Shown in pieces: positions 51,895 to 64,000 of a stretch of 64,000 nt of DNA (within the stretch, counting starts at the first letter, position 1; each line of letters starts with the position of its first letter). The position numbers were made by a program, and so were the translations under genes. The stretch is taken from NCBI RefSeq assembly GCF_006345805.1, contig NC_043003.1, forward strand, positions 104,594,001-104,658,000, given 5' to 3'. The DNA comes from Octopus sinensis. Lineage: Eukaryota. The notes beneath the pieces are model-generated. The model made no database searches, had not been told where the DNA came from, and saw nothing but the letters and a program-made list of their open reading frames with translations.

Positions 51895-52302
51895 TACTCT
51901 CTCTTTTACTCTTTTACCTGTTTCAGTCATTTGACTGCGGCCATGCTGGAGCACCGCCTTTTAATCGAGCAACTCGACCCCAGGACTTATTCTTTTGTAA
52001 GCCCAGTACTTATTCTATCGGTCTCTTTTGCCGAACCGCTAAGTGATGGGGACATAAACACACCAGCATCAGTTGTCAAGCAATGCTAGGGGGACAAACA
52101 CAGACACACAAACACACACACATATATATATACATATATACAACGGGCTTCTTTCAGTTTCCGTCTACCAAATCCAATCACAAGGCATTGGTCGGCCCGG
52201 GGCTATAGCAGAAGACACTTGCCCAAGATGCCACGCAGTGGGACTGAACCCGGAACCATGTGGTTGGTTAGCAAGCTACTTACCACACAGCCACTCCTGC
52301 GC
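51895..52302 (-). mobile_element. Full-length CORE-like SINE (related copies at about 32810-33075, 35110-35450, 54195-54440 and 55425-55722 on -, and 60345-60495 on +)
   Basis: tRNA-like head, cttgggcaagtgtcttc core, internal (TA/TG)n and an (AAAGAGT)n tail. Confidence 0.88.
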
Positions 52303-55300
52303 TTATTATTATTATTTATTTATTTATTTATTTATTTTTCCAAAACTGATACAAACCAAGATGTTTCCAAATAGTGATAATGGGAAACAGTAAGACCAGA
52401 AATTGAAGAACAAATTAGAAATTGAAAATAATTAAAAAAAATCTTAATTAGGGTTTTTTTTAAATTTTCTATGTCTGAATCATAAATTGTTAATCTGATT
52501 CCCACTTTTCAATTTTGGTTTTAAGAAATCATGTTTTCCTTATAAGAATTTAGAAACCTCAAGAGAATCAAAGTAAATTATGTATTTACAGTGAAACTCA
52601 AAGTAGATAAAGTTATAAATAATAGCTTGTAGAATATTGAGTTTAAAAAAAACACACGGATAGAAAAAAAGTCGAAAGCTGTCTATGAGACTCGAAACCA
52701 CATCTGTGAACATTACAGATCATCTCATTCCCCTAACATTCAGCCCTCCATCATCCCGCTATCTATGGCAGCTTTAATCACTTGAAGGCAGAATCGACAC
52801 ATATTACTCCCTCATATTGATGTTTTCCATCAACAGCACCACCACCACTATTTCTCATTCACTACATTCTCCTCAACTCACTAACCACCTGTTACTCCCC
52901 ACTCACACTCTTCTGAAATAACCCTACCCACTGATCCACTGCCTGCATTTTCTTATGCTTACCTTCTTGTACTTTGAGAGTTTGCTCCAGCACCCCATTA
53001 CCACCATTTTTATCATCTTCCCAGCAACTCCCATGGGGTAGCCATGTATTTCCTCTATAGTAAGATACTGTTTCTTATTCCTCTATCATACTTTAGCCCT
53101 TCAACACTTGGCACAAAGCCACCTCCTTCTCTTAAACACTTCCCCCACCTAGCTGTAGGGGCTTTATCTTTTTTCCCTGTTCTTTTACTGTCTTACCAAG
53201 TTGCATGGCAACCTCACTAATAGTGGTGGCATGAAAAAAGTAGCAAGTACACACTGTGAAGTGACTGGCATTAGGAATGACATCTAGTCATGGAAACTAT
53301 ACAAAAAGCTGACCCTGGAGTTCAGTGCAGCCCAGCAGCTTGCTGGATCCTGTCAGACAGTCCAACCCATGCTAGCATGGGTTGCACTGATGTCAATGAT
53401 AATGATAATGTTGATGACGATGATGACAAACAGAACCCTTAAACTCAACTAATATAGCCATTATTGTAGACAACTATATTAACAAGAAGCTAAAATACTT
53501 GAGAAATTTTAAAATATATAAAAGCCTTATAACACATGTGTGTGCATGCATGATCCTGAACGTATGAGTATAAGTTTGTACACATACTTGTATGCACACA
53601 ATGGCATGAATATGTGTGTTTATTTGTATTCATATGTGTATGTAGATATATGTGTATAAGCAAATAATCATGACTACATTGTGTAAAATATGTGTAGTCA
53701 TAGTCACACAGTCATGTTTATCTTACAAAACTTGAATGCATGTGTATACATATAAGAAATAATCTTCACTACATACACACAAGCTAATCTTCAATTGTAA
53801 CAGTCACTTCTGGAGCAATAGTTTATAAATGTCAGTTAAAACCTACAGTTGTCTATCTTGTAATGTTTCACATAATGCATTTGCCTTCAAAGCACATTAA
53901 TGCACCACGTGCGCATATCTGTGAAAGTGTGCAGCCATGGGTAAATGGTTAAGTTCACTTCTTAATTATCAGGTTATGGGTTTGAATCCACTGCATTGCA
54001 CCTTAGACAAGTATCTTCATCGAGATCTTGGATCAACCCAAGCATTGTAAATAAAGTTGAATGGAAACGTGTTGCTGCGATATACTCAGCCGCTTGCATA
54101 ATACAAGTCGCTGGTTCCATTGATCAAACAACAGGAACATGAAGCAAAACTGATGGGCACTATTAAATATACAACAATATACACAATTATTACTCTTTAC
54201 TCTTTTACTTGTTTCAGTCATTTGACTGTGACCATGCTGGAGCACCGCCTTTTGTCGAGCAAATTGACCCCAGGACTTATTCTTTGTAAGCCTAGTACTT
54301 ATTCTTTTGCCGAACTGCTAAGTTACGGGGACGTAGACACACCAGCATCGGATGTCAAGTGATGTTGGGGGGACAAACACAGACACACAAACATATACAC
54401 ACACATATATATACATATATATGACGGGCTTCTTTCATATTGTATATTTATATACACAAACATGTGTATATACTCACAGTTCCTATTATTTATACACACT
54501 AATATATGTGTATACACATCATATGTATACACACAAATGTGTACAAACTTTTATTAATTTACACACACTAATATAGACACACATTTATACACACAAAATT
54601 AGGCGAAAACTTTTCTTATTTATTTATGCACACATTAGTCTTAGCATCTATTTCTTTTATCCCTTTTTTATTAGCTTGATCCACAAGAAGAGGGAGTACC
54701 CATGGCCTCCCTTCAAAATCAGTAAGATTTGTGCCATAAACACTCTACTTACACAGTTGCATGTTGACAACTATAGAGGAAAGAAATCCAAACTGGACAA
54801 TGGTAGTTTGTGCATGGCCTGATGAGTGGACATGACATGAATGAGAAAACAGACAAGTGAAACATGAGTGACTGAGTGGAGGTGGCATGAAACCAGTTTC
54901 ACAAGGACTTCCATGAGAGCAGGGCTTGTTGTAGAAGAAAACCCCCAGAAAAAGCACACATGCCCTTTCACTCCACCTGACCAAAGTTTAGATCATGTCA
55001 ATGAACGACTTTACTCCTGTCAATCAAATGGCTTTTCTCTTAAGTTTAGGATGCTTGTGTGCATAACACCACCACCACCACCACCACCATCCCAGTCATG
55101 AGATCAGTACTCCACTGTGAGTTTTACCTGAGTTTTCTAGTGGATCATTAATTGTTGAGAGGCTAAAAGAAGGGCCAGTCTCTGAGACATGGTCTTAGCT
55201 ATGTTTAAGGGTTTATGGGTAAATGTTCACCATGGGATCATCAGTGATAGTAAGGATAAGTATTTGAAGTGATCTCAAGGGCTGGGCTCCAGTTGAATGC

Positions 55301-55719
55301 TGTTCATGCTTAAAGGGAATCAAGTGAGACTTTTGTTGATACGAATAATGTTTGTGTTCTTTCCAGTTTGGAGAACAGAGACAAGATTGCCATGATACAA
55401 TAGAAAGATATTTTCAAGGCATAAGTGCATACTCTTTACTCTTTTACTTGTTTCAGTCATTTGACTGCGGCCATGCTGGAGCACCGGTTGTCAAGCAATG
55501 CTAGGGGGACAAACAGACACACAAACACACACACGCATACATATATATATACATATATACAACAGGCTTCTTTCAGTTTCCGTCTACCAAATTCACTCGG
55601 AAGGCATTGGTTGGCCCGAGGCTATAGCAGAAGACACTTGCCCAAGGTGCCACGCAGTGGGACTGAACCCGGAACCATGTGGTTGGTTAGCAAGCTACTT
55701 ACCACACAGCCACTCCTGC

Positions 55720-57500
55720 GCATGTTTGGTTTGAGGTGTTTATGTTGCATATGGATGATACATAGTTGCAAAGCTGTGTAAGAGTGGTTACTGTTGGAAG
55801 TGATGCCAAGAAAGTCATTGACACATAAGAGGATGAATGTAATGGGGGACAAAACTGAACATTGGGGCACACCAGAATTGATAGAGTGTAGGTCAGACAG
55901 AACTCATCAGCACAGGTTGTAATAGTGTGATCTGAGGAAGCTACCAATCCAAGAGATGCAAGACAGATGAAGGACATAGGTGGGCAGTTTTGAGAGTAGA
56001 ATTGTGTGCTGGACACAGTTTAAGGCTTTGCTAATATGAAGGACAATGACACTAGTTTCATCAAATTTTCCAAGGGAGAGAGCCCCACTGATGTGTGATA
56101 TAGGAGAATAGTCTCCAGCAGCTCTGGTTATATGAAAGCCATACTTGTAGAGACTAAGGTGGGGGAGATATTCAAAGGTATCAGAGAATGTTGGTACTGG
56201 CTTGCTCTTCTTGGAAATAATGAAGAGTTTTGCAAGTATAGGGGCTATCTCTAGGACATACAGTGTTAGGATCAATGTACTTGTTAGTTTGAAGTAACTT
56301 CAATACTTAATGCTTATGTATGATGGTGAGCCTAGTAAAGTGAAAAAATAGGAATTTGGAGGAGATTTATGAGGTAGATGCAATGTAAAGTGGAATGCAA
56401 AGTGAGCGGCAAAGATGACTTTTACTGCAGGAAGGCTATTCACAGAAAGACTGTGGTCAAGCAGAGGAAGAAAGGAGAATTGAGCAAAATTGGTGGAGAT
56501 CCTTTTTTTTTAAGAAGACGTGCCAAAAGTTAGTGAGAAAATCAGGCAAAGACGAATGCAATTATCTGGTCACTGTGTGCGCCACCCTCATGTGGAAGCA
56601 TCCAAATTAGTCTTGTGGAACCCACTTCATGGTGATGTAAGAATAGGAAAACATCATCACACTTACTTAGACAACTTGATTGCAGACACTGGCCTGGAAT
56701 GTATCCAGGACTTTGAGGCAGTGATGATGATAGGCTAAGAAGTGTGGCGGATGGACTTTGTTGCTGTGACTCTGGTTGGAACTTAGCCATAATAATGATG
56801 ATAAGAGACCAAAAGAATTGACTGTAGTTTAAGAGAAAGGAGAGCTTAAGGGTTGTGCAATGCATAGAGATATTGTTCATGGTTTGGTGATCATCTTGCA
56901 AGAGATGTGGTACTGGGTCAATGCTGCTCAGTTTGAAGGATTGGGGTCAGTGGGGGTGCAGGCCCTCTTTTTTAGCCTAAATTGTTGCAACACAGTTACA
57001 AGTGAGCCACTGTGAGTACTTCAGGCAATGAATGAGGGGTGTGGAGGAACAAGTCTAACAAGATGGTTTCATTCATCTGCCAAGCTGTTTCTGATGTATC
57101 AGGGATGAAGTTCAAATGCTGCTGACAGTGATAATTAGCATACAACTTGTTAGGGGCTCTGACTAGTCAACTGACTTGAAGTACCTCCCATAAGAGCCCA
57201 AGGATGAGGACAGACATTGTGTAACCTGTAGATACATATTGGGGAGTAACAATAAGGCAGTGGTCAGACAACCCATCGGTGCAAGATAGTTATGAACTGA
57301 TAGTGGTAGTGGGTTTGGAGGTGAGTAAGAGATTAAGGATGATTAGACACAGAATATACGTCAACAAGAACAATGGCGGAGAAGTTACTGTATTGGATCA
57401 TTGAATTCAGATATTCCTACAAGCTTTGTGCTTTACCTCTGTGAAAAGATAACATTTTGTAACTTCAATTTGTGAAGCTTACAAGTTCCACTGTAACATC
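55720..57500 (-). mobile_element. Degraded CR1-like LINE (EN-RT), interrupted by an RTE-like 3' fragment at about 56515-56800 (+)
   Basis: ILNLLLTSKP..GLSDHCLI; LHISKALNCVQHTILLSKL..WIGSFL; PQCSVLSP..VND. The insert reads RQRRMQLSGHCVRH. Confidence 0.7.
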
Positions 57501-58559
57501 ACAGTTGAGCGGTCAACAGTTGAAATGGTGCTCAGTGTTAAAAACTTACCTAAATATCTAAAACTCAGAGAAACACTTAAAATCTGGTATTTACTTGTAG
57601 ATTTATGCAAATAGGTTACAGCTTATCGTTTACTTAGTAGTATGGAAACTGTATATTCTGTCCAGGTATTTTCTTACAAAAATGAGACAGAATTTCTTTT
57701 CAGATAGAGCGAACAGTTTCATATTATTAAACAGATGAGAGATAATCACCTGCAAAGGATTTATAATTTCAATGCTACTAGATAGAGGTGAGATTCTTTC
57801 GTCTGGGACAGAATTCCATACAAAATCTGGTTCGTGTCTCTCAGGTATGTAGAATTTAGTGTTTAATTCTTTTAGTACCAAACCACCTAAGACTGACCTT
57901 AGTTCAATGAAAAATGCTCCGTTTTAAAGCAAAGCCTTATATCAAAATTTATATTCCAAACATCAACTTAATAATGACAAAGAACAAATACCAACACACA
58001 ACAGATCACTACAGGCTGTAAACAGGTGCTCTACTAATTGTCAACGTTATCATCATTATCACTACCATCCCTATTTCCATGCTGGCATGGGTTGGATGGT
58101 TTAACAAGAACCAACAAGCCAGTGAGCTCTGCCAGGTTCTATGTTTGCCTTGGCATGGTTTCTACAGCTGAATGGCCTTCCTAACACCGACCATTTAACA
58201 GAATGTACTGGCTGCTTTTTGTGTGGCACCAGCACTAGTGAGGTCACCAAGGACCCACAAGATAAGACTACTCAATTGAGTGGGGTACAGACTGGAGAAA
58301 GAAACTATGACAGATAGAAAGGGGTAGGTGTCTTCTTGAAGAGGTGAATACATAGCTTGCACACCTGGAAAGTGAAAAACAGAAAGGCAGAGGAAGAAAG
58401 AGATGTGAGGTCCAGGTACAACATGAATATGAGACAGAATGGGATGTGCTTTGAGTGAAAATAATGTGACAGATGATTAGAGACATGAGTTGGATGTAGA
58501 GGATATCAGTTCAGCAGAGGGGAAAGTGAAGGAAATAAACGATGAGTTGTGGAGGAAGG

Positions 58560-59450
58560 CTCGACAGAGCTTAAATTTTGCTGAGATCAACAGGTCTTCT
58601 CAAGCACAGCATACTGCCATTCATCTCAGTTCCTTGTCATCTCCTCTAAGAGGTTCAACATTGTGAGATCAGTCTTTACCACTTTCTCCCAAACCTTCCT
58701 AGGTCAACCTCTTCCACATTTAGTGATCAGCACTTCTTTATACAGCTGTCTTCATCCACCTGCATCACATGACCATCTCTCCTGCATGCCACACCTGATG
58801 CTTCTTATGCCTATCACATGGTATTTTTACTTACACCCTGTCTACATATGGAAAAGGGTTATTCATCAGAAGGGATTAGTGTTCTGTTTGATCTCCTGCT
58901 AATTAGAACTTTAACCTTTTCTATGTTAACCTTAAGACCCTCTGATTCCAGGTTTTGTTTCCATATTTGGAATTTTAAATCTAATTTTTCTACACTTTCA
59001 TCTATAAGGTCATCGGCATAGAAGAGCTTCCGTGAGCAAGGGGTCTTAAATTCCTTCATTGAATCCAGATGAACACCTACCTGCACACTAAATTCACTTC
59101 TGTACTCATTGTCAACTCTCACTAACCATTCATCTACTCCGAGCTTTCACAGTGACCACCAGATGAGGGATCAAGACACTCTGCCAAAGGTTTTCTCCAG
59201 GTCAACAAATGCCAGGTAAGTACTTCTATAATTACCAAACTACAAAGTGAGCATCAGTAGAGCTTCTCTCTGGCATGAAACCAAACTGCATCTCATCTAG
59301 ATTAACTTGTTTCTTATTAATTGGGTTATGACACTTTCAGTGACATTCATAACCCTAGTCCAGTAATTTGATACCTGTATAATTACTTCTTTTTAAAGCA
59401 TCTCCTTTACTTTTGTAACAGTTGACTATGATGAAGCTACACTAATCATT
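58560..59450 (-). mobile_element. Degraded RTE RT fragment
   Basis: VQVGVH..LFYADDLI..WKQNLESEGLKVNIEKVKVLISR. Confidence 0.8.
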
Positions 59451-60779
59451 GAAAGAAAATTAGTGAAAATGAAAGATTATTTGGAAATATGAAGGTCACA
59501 ATTTGTTGTTATTGGAACAATCTCCATAAACAAACTGATACACCTACAACATCCCTAAACAAAACAGCACAGCTACAATACCCTATAACACCAAGTTAAG
59601 AACACCATCTATCCCACTCAGCTCAGAGAAACATAAAACGTCATATAGACAATGGCAGCAATATCAATAATATCTATTTCTTTACTACCCACAAGGGGCT
59701 AAACACAGAGGAGACAAACAAGGGCAGACAGACAGTTTAAGTCGATTATATCGACCCCAGTGCGTAACTGGTACTTAATTTATCAACCCCGAAAGGATGA
59801 AAGGCAAAGTCGACCTTGGCGGAATTTGAACTCAGAACGTAACAGCAGACGAAATACCACAAAGCATCTCGCCCGGTGTGCCAACGTTTCTGCCAGCTCG
59901 CCGCCTTGTTATCATTTAGCTTCAGACACTGCATTTGGATGCATACCATCAATGATAAATGCACAAGGATATCAAACGTAGCCACTGTAGCCACAGGCAG
60001 AATATATAGGTGTATAGTGAAATGAAAGACAATATGTTTATACTGTTACACGGTACCAACACCATTCATCACTGCATGCTAGAGTGTACAGTATGGTTCA
60101 AGTCAGATAAAGGTATGGTAGATCTGGAACAATACAGCCATGAGAACACCTGCTTGTTCAGCTGACTACTTCCATGCCATAGGTCTGCTCAATGAAAGTT
60201 AACCTGGGACTATACAACTACTAATTACCACTGTTACTACTTCACACCTATCTTATCATCTCTAAATGGTCTTTAGTTAAAAAAATTTTTTTGTCTTTAT
60301 CAATTATGTCTTCAGGTGGGAACTTTTAAAATTTGGTTAGAGATGCAGACATAGCTATGAGGTTATGAAGTTTGCTTTTGAACCACATGGTTTCAGGTTC
60401 AGTCTCAGTGCATAGCACCTTGAGGAAGTATCTTCTATAGCCCCAGGTCAACCAAAACCTTGACAGTGGATTTAATAGACAGAAACTGAAAGGATCCATT
60501 ATATATATATATATATACACACACACAGCTGGGCGTAAGTCCATTAATCGTTAATTAACAAAGTTTGACATTTTTGTTAATGATTTAACTTTTAAGTTAA
60601 CTTTGAAAAGCATCATTGGACTTACTAAGTTCCGTTATATTTAGCATCCACTAACTCAAGTCCATTAACCCAAAAATTTCATAAAAAACAGTAAACGTTT
60701 AAAAGTTTCTATTGTTTTCAGATTGTCTTAGCATATTTAATATTGTATGCATAATTTTTTCAACTCTGATGTAACGCCA

Positions 60780-61734
60780 CTTATTATTATAAGTAACTTG
60801 TTTAGCCCTGCCTGGATTTGAAACCAAATTCACCTGCTTGTTGCTTGCAAAGACATTGGGAAATTTTGTTTGTCCTGTGAAGAAGGAACAGTGATTGATG
60901 TGATTCCACTTGATCTGTGACCTCGCTGAGGTGGATGTCAACAGAGAAAATACTGACTTCCATAAAGTAGAAAAAATAAATGGAAGGAAAAAAGTTGGTA
61001 AATATTTCGGTGTGAATGCAAATATTTCAGTGTGAATGCAAAAAGCTGTTACATGGTAGCAGGGCATGCTAGAAATACCAGTCAAATTTTTCCTTTTCTG
61101 GAAAAGGGAGCTGTTTACACGCAATTTCAATGTCACGTTCGTTGAAAGCATGCAAAATAACCTGTGAAAGAAAGACCCACGAAGCAAAACTCCCTCAGTG
61201 AGAAACTTTGGAAAAATTGGCTAGTGGTAAGTTTTGAGGTCAGATATGTTGAATGCACCCAAAAAAAAAACTATGGAAAGAAATTATTCCACTCTGAGGT
61301 ACAAAATATTTACCGAAAGAATAAAACTCTGATTATACCTGTACTTTAATCAATTCAAATTAATGTACATCATCTTGAAAAGTGGCAAAATTTTTGACAG
61401 TTGCCATCTGGGATAATTTTAGTAACAAATCAAACAGGTGAGATGCATTAAGAATTTGAATTTTAGTGTTTATCCACAATGTTATTGCTTTTACACCTGT
61501 TAATTAAATTTACCTGCCCATAAAAATTAGATTTATTCAGCAAGATCAGATAAAATTACATAACTATAATCCATTGGCACCCACTGACAAAATTTCAAAT
61601 CTGTATGTAAAAAATTAACAAAGTTACAAGCAAATATTGTGGACATCCCTCTTGAACCTGAATGATTCAAAATAACATGAACAAATAAGCATTACATTTG
61701 ACAGATTTATCTGAACACATTTGACAGATTAATC
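60780..61734 (+). mobile_element. Second piggyBac-related copy (C-terminal remnant plus right subterminal region)
   Basis: 60927-61000 matches 27966-28035; 61345-61734 matches 28445-29095 without the LINE insert. Confidence 0.8.
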
Positions 61735-64000
61735 ATCATCATCATCATTTAACGTCTGCTTTCCATGCTAGTATGGGTTGGACGATTTCTACAGCTGGAT
61801 GCCCTTCCTACCGTCAACCACTCCAAGAGTGTAGTGGGTTCTTTTATGTGCCACTGGCATGAGGGCCAGTCAAGCGGTACTGGCAGCGGCCATACTCAAA
61901 TGGTGCTTTTTACGTGCCACCTGCACAGGAGCCAGTCCAGCGGCACTAGTAACAACCTCGCTCAAATGCTTTTTCATGTGCCACCAGCACATGTACCAGT
62001 AAGGTGACACAGGTAATGATCACGCTCGAGTGGTGCTTTTTACGTGCCATCGGTACGGAGGCCAGCTTGTTGCTCTGGCAACGATCACGCTCGTATGGTA
62101 CTCTTAGCGTTCCCCTAGCACGGATGCCAGTCATCGAATTTGATTTCGATTTCACTTACCTCAACAGGTCTTCGCAAGCAGAGTTTAGTGTCCAATGAAG
62201 GAAAGGTATGCATAAGTGGGCTGGTTACACTCCTGGCATAGGCCACAAGGTTATGGTCTCACTTGCCGAGTCTTCTCAAGCACAGCATATCTCCAAAGGT
62301 CCCAGTCACTAGTCATTGCCTCGGTGAGGCCCAAACGTTCGAAGGTCAGGCTTCACCACCTCATCCCAGGTCTTCCTGTTCCACAGGTTCCCTCAATCGC
62401 TAGGGTGTGGCACTTTCTCACACAGCTATCCACATCCATTCTTGCCACATGGCCATACCAGCGTAGACGTCTCTCTTGCACACCACATCTGATGCTTCTT
62501 AGGTCCAACTTTTCTCTCAATATACTTACACTCTATCGAGTATACACACTGACATTACACATCCATCGGAGCATACTGGCTTCATTCCTTGCGAGCATAC
62601 GCATGTCCTCAGCAGTCACGGCCCATGTTTCACTGCCATGTAGCATGGCTGTTCATACACATATGTCATACAGTCCAAGTTTTACTCTGAGCGAGTCCTT
62701 TTGTCACCAGCAGAGGTAAGAGCTCTCTAAACTTTGCCCAGGCTATTCTTATTCTAGCAGTTACACTTTCAGCACACCCGCCCACACTACTGACTTTGTC
62801 ACCTAGGTAACGGAAGCTATCAACTACTTCTAGGTTTTCTCCATGGAATGTGGCGGAAGTTGTTCTCTGCACATTTTCAGTGTTTGTTGCTCCTGAGCAT
62901 CTGCCACATACAAAAACTATCTTCCCATTTAGCCTTCCTTTGATATTGCTGCACCTCTTATGTGTCCATAGGTACATCTTATAGATGTACACTAGATACA
63001 TCTTATAGAGTTTCTACCAATGCCTTTTCTATAGATCAAGCAGGGCAATCTACTTGAAGGGATTTGTGGTTTGCCTGCCTTCCTACTTATTAGGACTTTG
63101 GTTTTAGCTAGGTTGAATCTAAAGCCCTTCAATTCTAATCCTTGTTTCCACACCTGAAACTTCTCCTCTAGTTCTGATAGTGACTCAGCAATTAGAGCAA
63201 GGTCATCAGCATAGAGGAGCTCCCAGGGGCATCCTGTCTTGAATTCCTCCGTAATTGCCTGGAGGACTATGATAAATAGGAGGGGGCTGACGACTGATCC
63301 TTGGTGGACCCCTACCTCTACCTTGAATTCTTCACTGTACTCGTTGCCAACCCTTACCTTACTTACAGCATCCCTGTACATGGCTTGCACAGCTCTCACT
63401 AACCATTCATCTATCCCTTGTTTCCTCATTGACAACCAGATAAGGAATCGGGGGACCCTGTCAAAGGCTTTTTCCATGTCAACGAAAGCCAGGTACAGGG
63501 GCTTATCTTTGGCTAGGTATTTCTCCTGCAATTGTCTTACCAGAAATATAGCATCAATGGTGCTTTTCCCTGGCACAAACCCAAACTGCATCTCATCTAA
63601 ACTGACTCTCTCCCTAATTAGTTGGGCTATGACCCTCTCCGTGACCTTCATTACCTGATCCAACAGCTTGATAACTCTGTAATTATTTGTATCTAAAGCG
63701 TCACCTTTACCTTTGTAGCAGTTGACTATTATGCTGCTACACCAGTCACTGGGAATGACTCCTTCGTGTATCACCTGGTTAACTATACGGGTGACTAGGC
63801 TATAGCCGACACTGCCAGATATTTTGAGCATCTCTGCAGTAATTCCTGATGGGCCAGGGGCTTTCCCTGTCTTCATACTTTTAATTGCTTTATCTACCAA
63901 GGTACTGTCAACTCAGATAGCTTGGTTCCTCTGTTGGGTTGACATTCGGCAGACTCTCTCCCATTCATTTTCTTGATTCGGCAACCTTCCATAGTGGTGT
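61732..64000 (-). mobile_element. RTE LINE subfamily B, least degraded copy, running off the window
   Basis: Uninterrupted 302-aa ORF at 62992-63900 with RT motifs (DMEKAFDRVP, GVHQGS, LLYADDL); frameshifted C-terminus; 3' UTR with 5 hairpin units and an (ATC)n tail. Confidence 0.93.

Noticed and set aside
62992-63900. Active autonomous RTE or domesticated RT gene
   Set aside because: The RT core is open, but the downstream region is frameshifted and partly deleted, and the 5' part lies outside the window.
25159-64000. Orientation bias of retroposons toward the TXNDC15 sense strand
   Set aside because: A rough hand count gives about 2:1 on ~30 elements, which is not convincing without proper annotation and a test.

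Overview
This is a repeat-saturated eukaryotic window, almost certainly from an Octopus genome (inferred from the RTE/SINE/microsatellite landscape). It holds the 3' ends of two convergent spliced genes. UQCRC2 (complex III core protein 2) has five exons on + at 8156-12540. TXNDC15 has its last two exons on - at 42919-43049 and 24947-25158, separated by a 17.8 kb intron; its upstream exons were not found. The rest is RTE, CR1-like and R4/Dong-like LINE debris, several tRNA-headed SINE families, piggyBac, Tigger, Tc1 and mariner remnants, MITEs and mini/microsatellites. The strongest unexpected signal is an AT-rich fold-back element at 13237-14188. Its two ~190-bp arms differ almost only by A-to-G changes on the + strand, in U/A 5' context. 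A second copy at 9373-9590 serves as an unedited reference, and the unpaired parts show no such bias. This is the pattern expected if an ADAR-hyperedited dsRNA had been written back into the genome. Other leads are a candidate 21-nt microexon with upstream UGC motifs in UQCRC2, a structure-conserved double-hairpin array in the RTE 3' UTR, a 20 x 23-bp palindromic array at a piggyBac end, and a chimeric inverted RTE junction. All alignments and counts were done by eye and need computational confirmation; TE boundaries are approximate.
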